NCBI GenBank assembly: GCA_902596975.1 | Contig: CACJWS010000003.1 | Coordinates: forward strand, 37,914 to 101,913 | Origin: an uncultured Pelagibacteraceae bacterium | Lineage (GTDB): Bacteria; Pseudomonadota; Alphaproteobacteria; Pelagibacterales; Pelagibacteraceae | Reading direction: 5' to 3' | Length of the DNA: 64,000 nucleotides | Shown: piece by piece, positions 63,250 through 64,000 of the stretch | Layout: the number at the start of each line of letters is the position of its first letter | Position numbering within the stretch: the stretch's first letter is position 1 | Notes under the pieces: model-generated | What the model was told of the DNA's origin: nothing | The model's input: only the letters and a program-made list of their open reading frames with translations | The model's database searches: none | Made by a program: the position numbers and the translations under genes

Positions 63250-63689
63250 GTTCAGAAGCAATTAATTTTAATTGGTCATGCAAGCATACTTGGAAAAGAA
63301 GCGCAAAAAATACTGCTTGGTGTTTACTAGGCTGTGCAATTGGTGACTTTGGAACTATATTGTATTTTCAGATAACAGGAATTCCCTGGCCTGTTTTAGC
63401 CATCATGACTTTAGCAATTATAAATGGTTTGATTACAAGTATTATTTTAGAAACTATAATTTTACTAAGACAAAAACTTGATTTTTCCAAAGCATTAAAG
63501 ACTGCACTTGGTATGAGCTTTATATCAATGGTCAGTATGGAAATAGCCATGAACCTCACAGATGTAATTTTAACAGGTGGAGCTATTTTAAATTGGTGGG
63601 TAGTACCAATAATGCTTTTAGTTGGATTTTTAACTCCATGGCCATACAATTATTGGAGATTAAAAAAATATAATATTGCTTGTCACTAA
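63246..63689 (+). CDS. DUF4396-like integral membrane protein
   Basis: 147 aa, four TM, N-terminal CLLGCAIGDFG motif. Overlaps the upstream gene by 4 nt. Confidence 0.5.
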   Translation: MSSEAINFNWSCKHTWKRSAKNTAWCLLGCAIGDFGTILYFQITGIPWPVLAIMTLAIINGLITSIILETIILLRQKLDFSKALKTALGMSFISMVSMEIAMNLTDVILTGGAILNWWVVPIMLLVGFLTPWPYNYWRLKKYNIACH

Positions 63690-63722
63690 AAACATCTCTA
63701 TATCAAATTAAGATCTCAGATA

Positions 63723-64000
63723 ATGACTAAAGATTTAATAACAATTGATGGCCTTTCAAAGGTATACGACAATGGATTTAACGCTTTAAAAACTGTTAAT
63801 CTAAATATAAAACAAGGTGAAATTATTGCTATGCTTGGACCAAATGGAGCTGGCAAAACTACACTCATAAGTATTGTATGTGGTATAGTTAAACCAACTT
63901 CTGGAGTAATTACAGTAGATGGTTTTGATATTATAAAAGATTATAGAGAAACAAGATCAAGAATAGGACTGGTCCCCCAAGAAATTTCACTAGAACAATT
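63723..64000 (+). CDS. ABC transporter ATP-binding protein (ABC-2/DrrA-like), N-terminal fragment running off the window
   Basis: Not in the ORF track because it has no stop in the window. The translation begins [47 protein letters not shown] (Walker A). Confidence 0.85.
   Translation, partial: MTKDLITIDGLSKVYDNGFNALKTVNLNIKQGEIIAMLGPNGAGKTTLISIVCGIVKPTSGVITVDGFDIIKDYRETRSRIGLVPQEISLEQ

Noticed and set aside
1849-63649. About 40 short ORFs (61-126 aa) in the six-frame track lie antisense to or out of frame with the large genes. Examples: 1849-2040, 2075-2320, 5354-5653, 6318-6698, 10622-10969, 29567-29935, 30941-31240, 38263-38577, 55001-55339, 56834-57199, 58143-58382 and 63368-63649.
   Set aside because: Each lies entirely inside a gene with strong family motifs on the other strand or frame. 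Their translations are low-complexity (Ile/Phe/Ser/Leu-rich mirror images of AT-rich codons), and they have no RBS or spacer of their own. They are the shadow ORFs expected in AT-rich DNA with few stop codons on the antisense strand.
1-64000. Mobile elements, prophage, CRISPR arrays, tRNA/rRNA genes, toxin-antitoxin pairs, and restriction-modification or other recognisable defence genes.
   Set aside because: I looked for transposase, integrase or recombinase motifs, regularly spaced repeats, cloverleaf-capable GC-rich segments and typical defence ATPase or nuclease domains. I found none. Every spacer longer than 60 bp was read on both strands.

Overview
AT-rich (roughly 30% GC by eye) and very gene-dense. 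I count about 70 protein-coding genes and roughly 97% coding sequence. Many start/stop overlaps are 1-11 nt, and several convergent gene ends touch or overlap. I found no rRNA, tRNA, CRISPR array, transposase, integrase or phage genes. The style and the dominance of ABC/TRAP uptake systems fit a streamlined marine alphaproteobacterium of the SAR11/Pelagibacterales type; that assignment is inference only.

Content, left to right:
- end of a TctA permease
- an 8-gene oxidative sugar/sugar-acid operon coupled to ppc
- ccdA and azoR
- a gamma-butyrobetaine-hydroxylase-like dioxygenase
- a Dpp-type ABC importer
- a TRAP transporter with an ICL/PEP-mutase-family lyase and an MmsB-like dehydrogenase
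- a 10-gene string of very small enzymes ending in an SMR pair
- a persulfide dioxygenase-cysE-cysK operon
- a sugar-type ABC importer joined to MetE-core, tandem-SnoaL and bicupin genes
- a HisD paralogue, pta, a BASS transporter and an Ldh_2 dehydrogenase
- an Fbp/AEP-type ABC importer
- tauABC with an aminotransferase and ald
- a small cytochrome/thioredoxin cluster

Best candidates for undescribed biology:
1. The transporter-linked bicupin / tandem-SnoaL / MetE-core locus (36.9-45.0 kb).
2. The paired SMR proteins that both lack the canonical TM1 glutamate, at the end of a small-protein operon (27.2-30.6 kb).
3. A TauC-type permease carrying an insertion of about 375 aa (54.9-56.8 kb).
4. 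A single-chain tandem winged-helix protein next to iteron-like direct repeats (48.2-49.4 kb).
5. A possible C3-sulfonate module (45.0-50.4 kb).

All functional calls rest on motifs read by eye from the translations. No database search was run.
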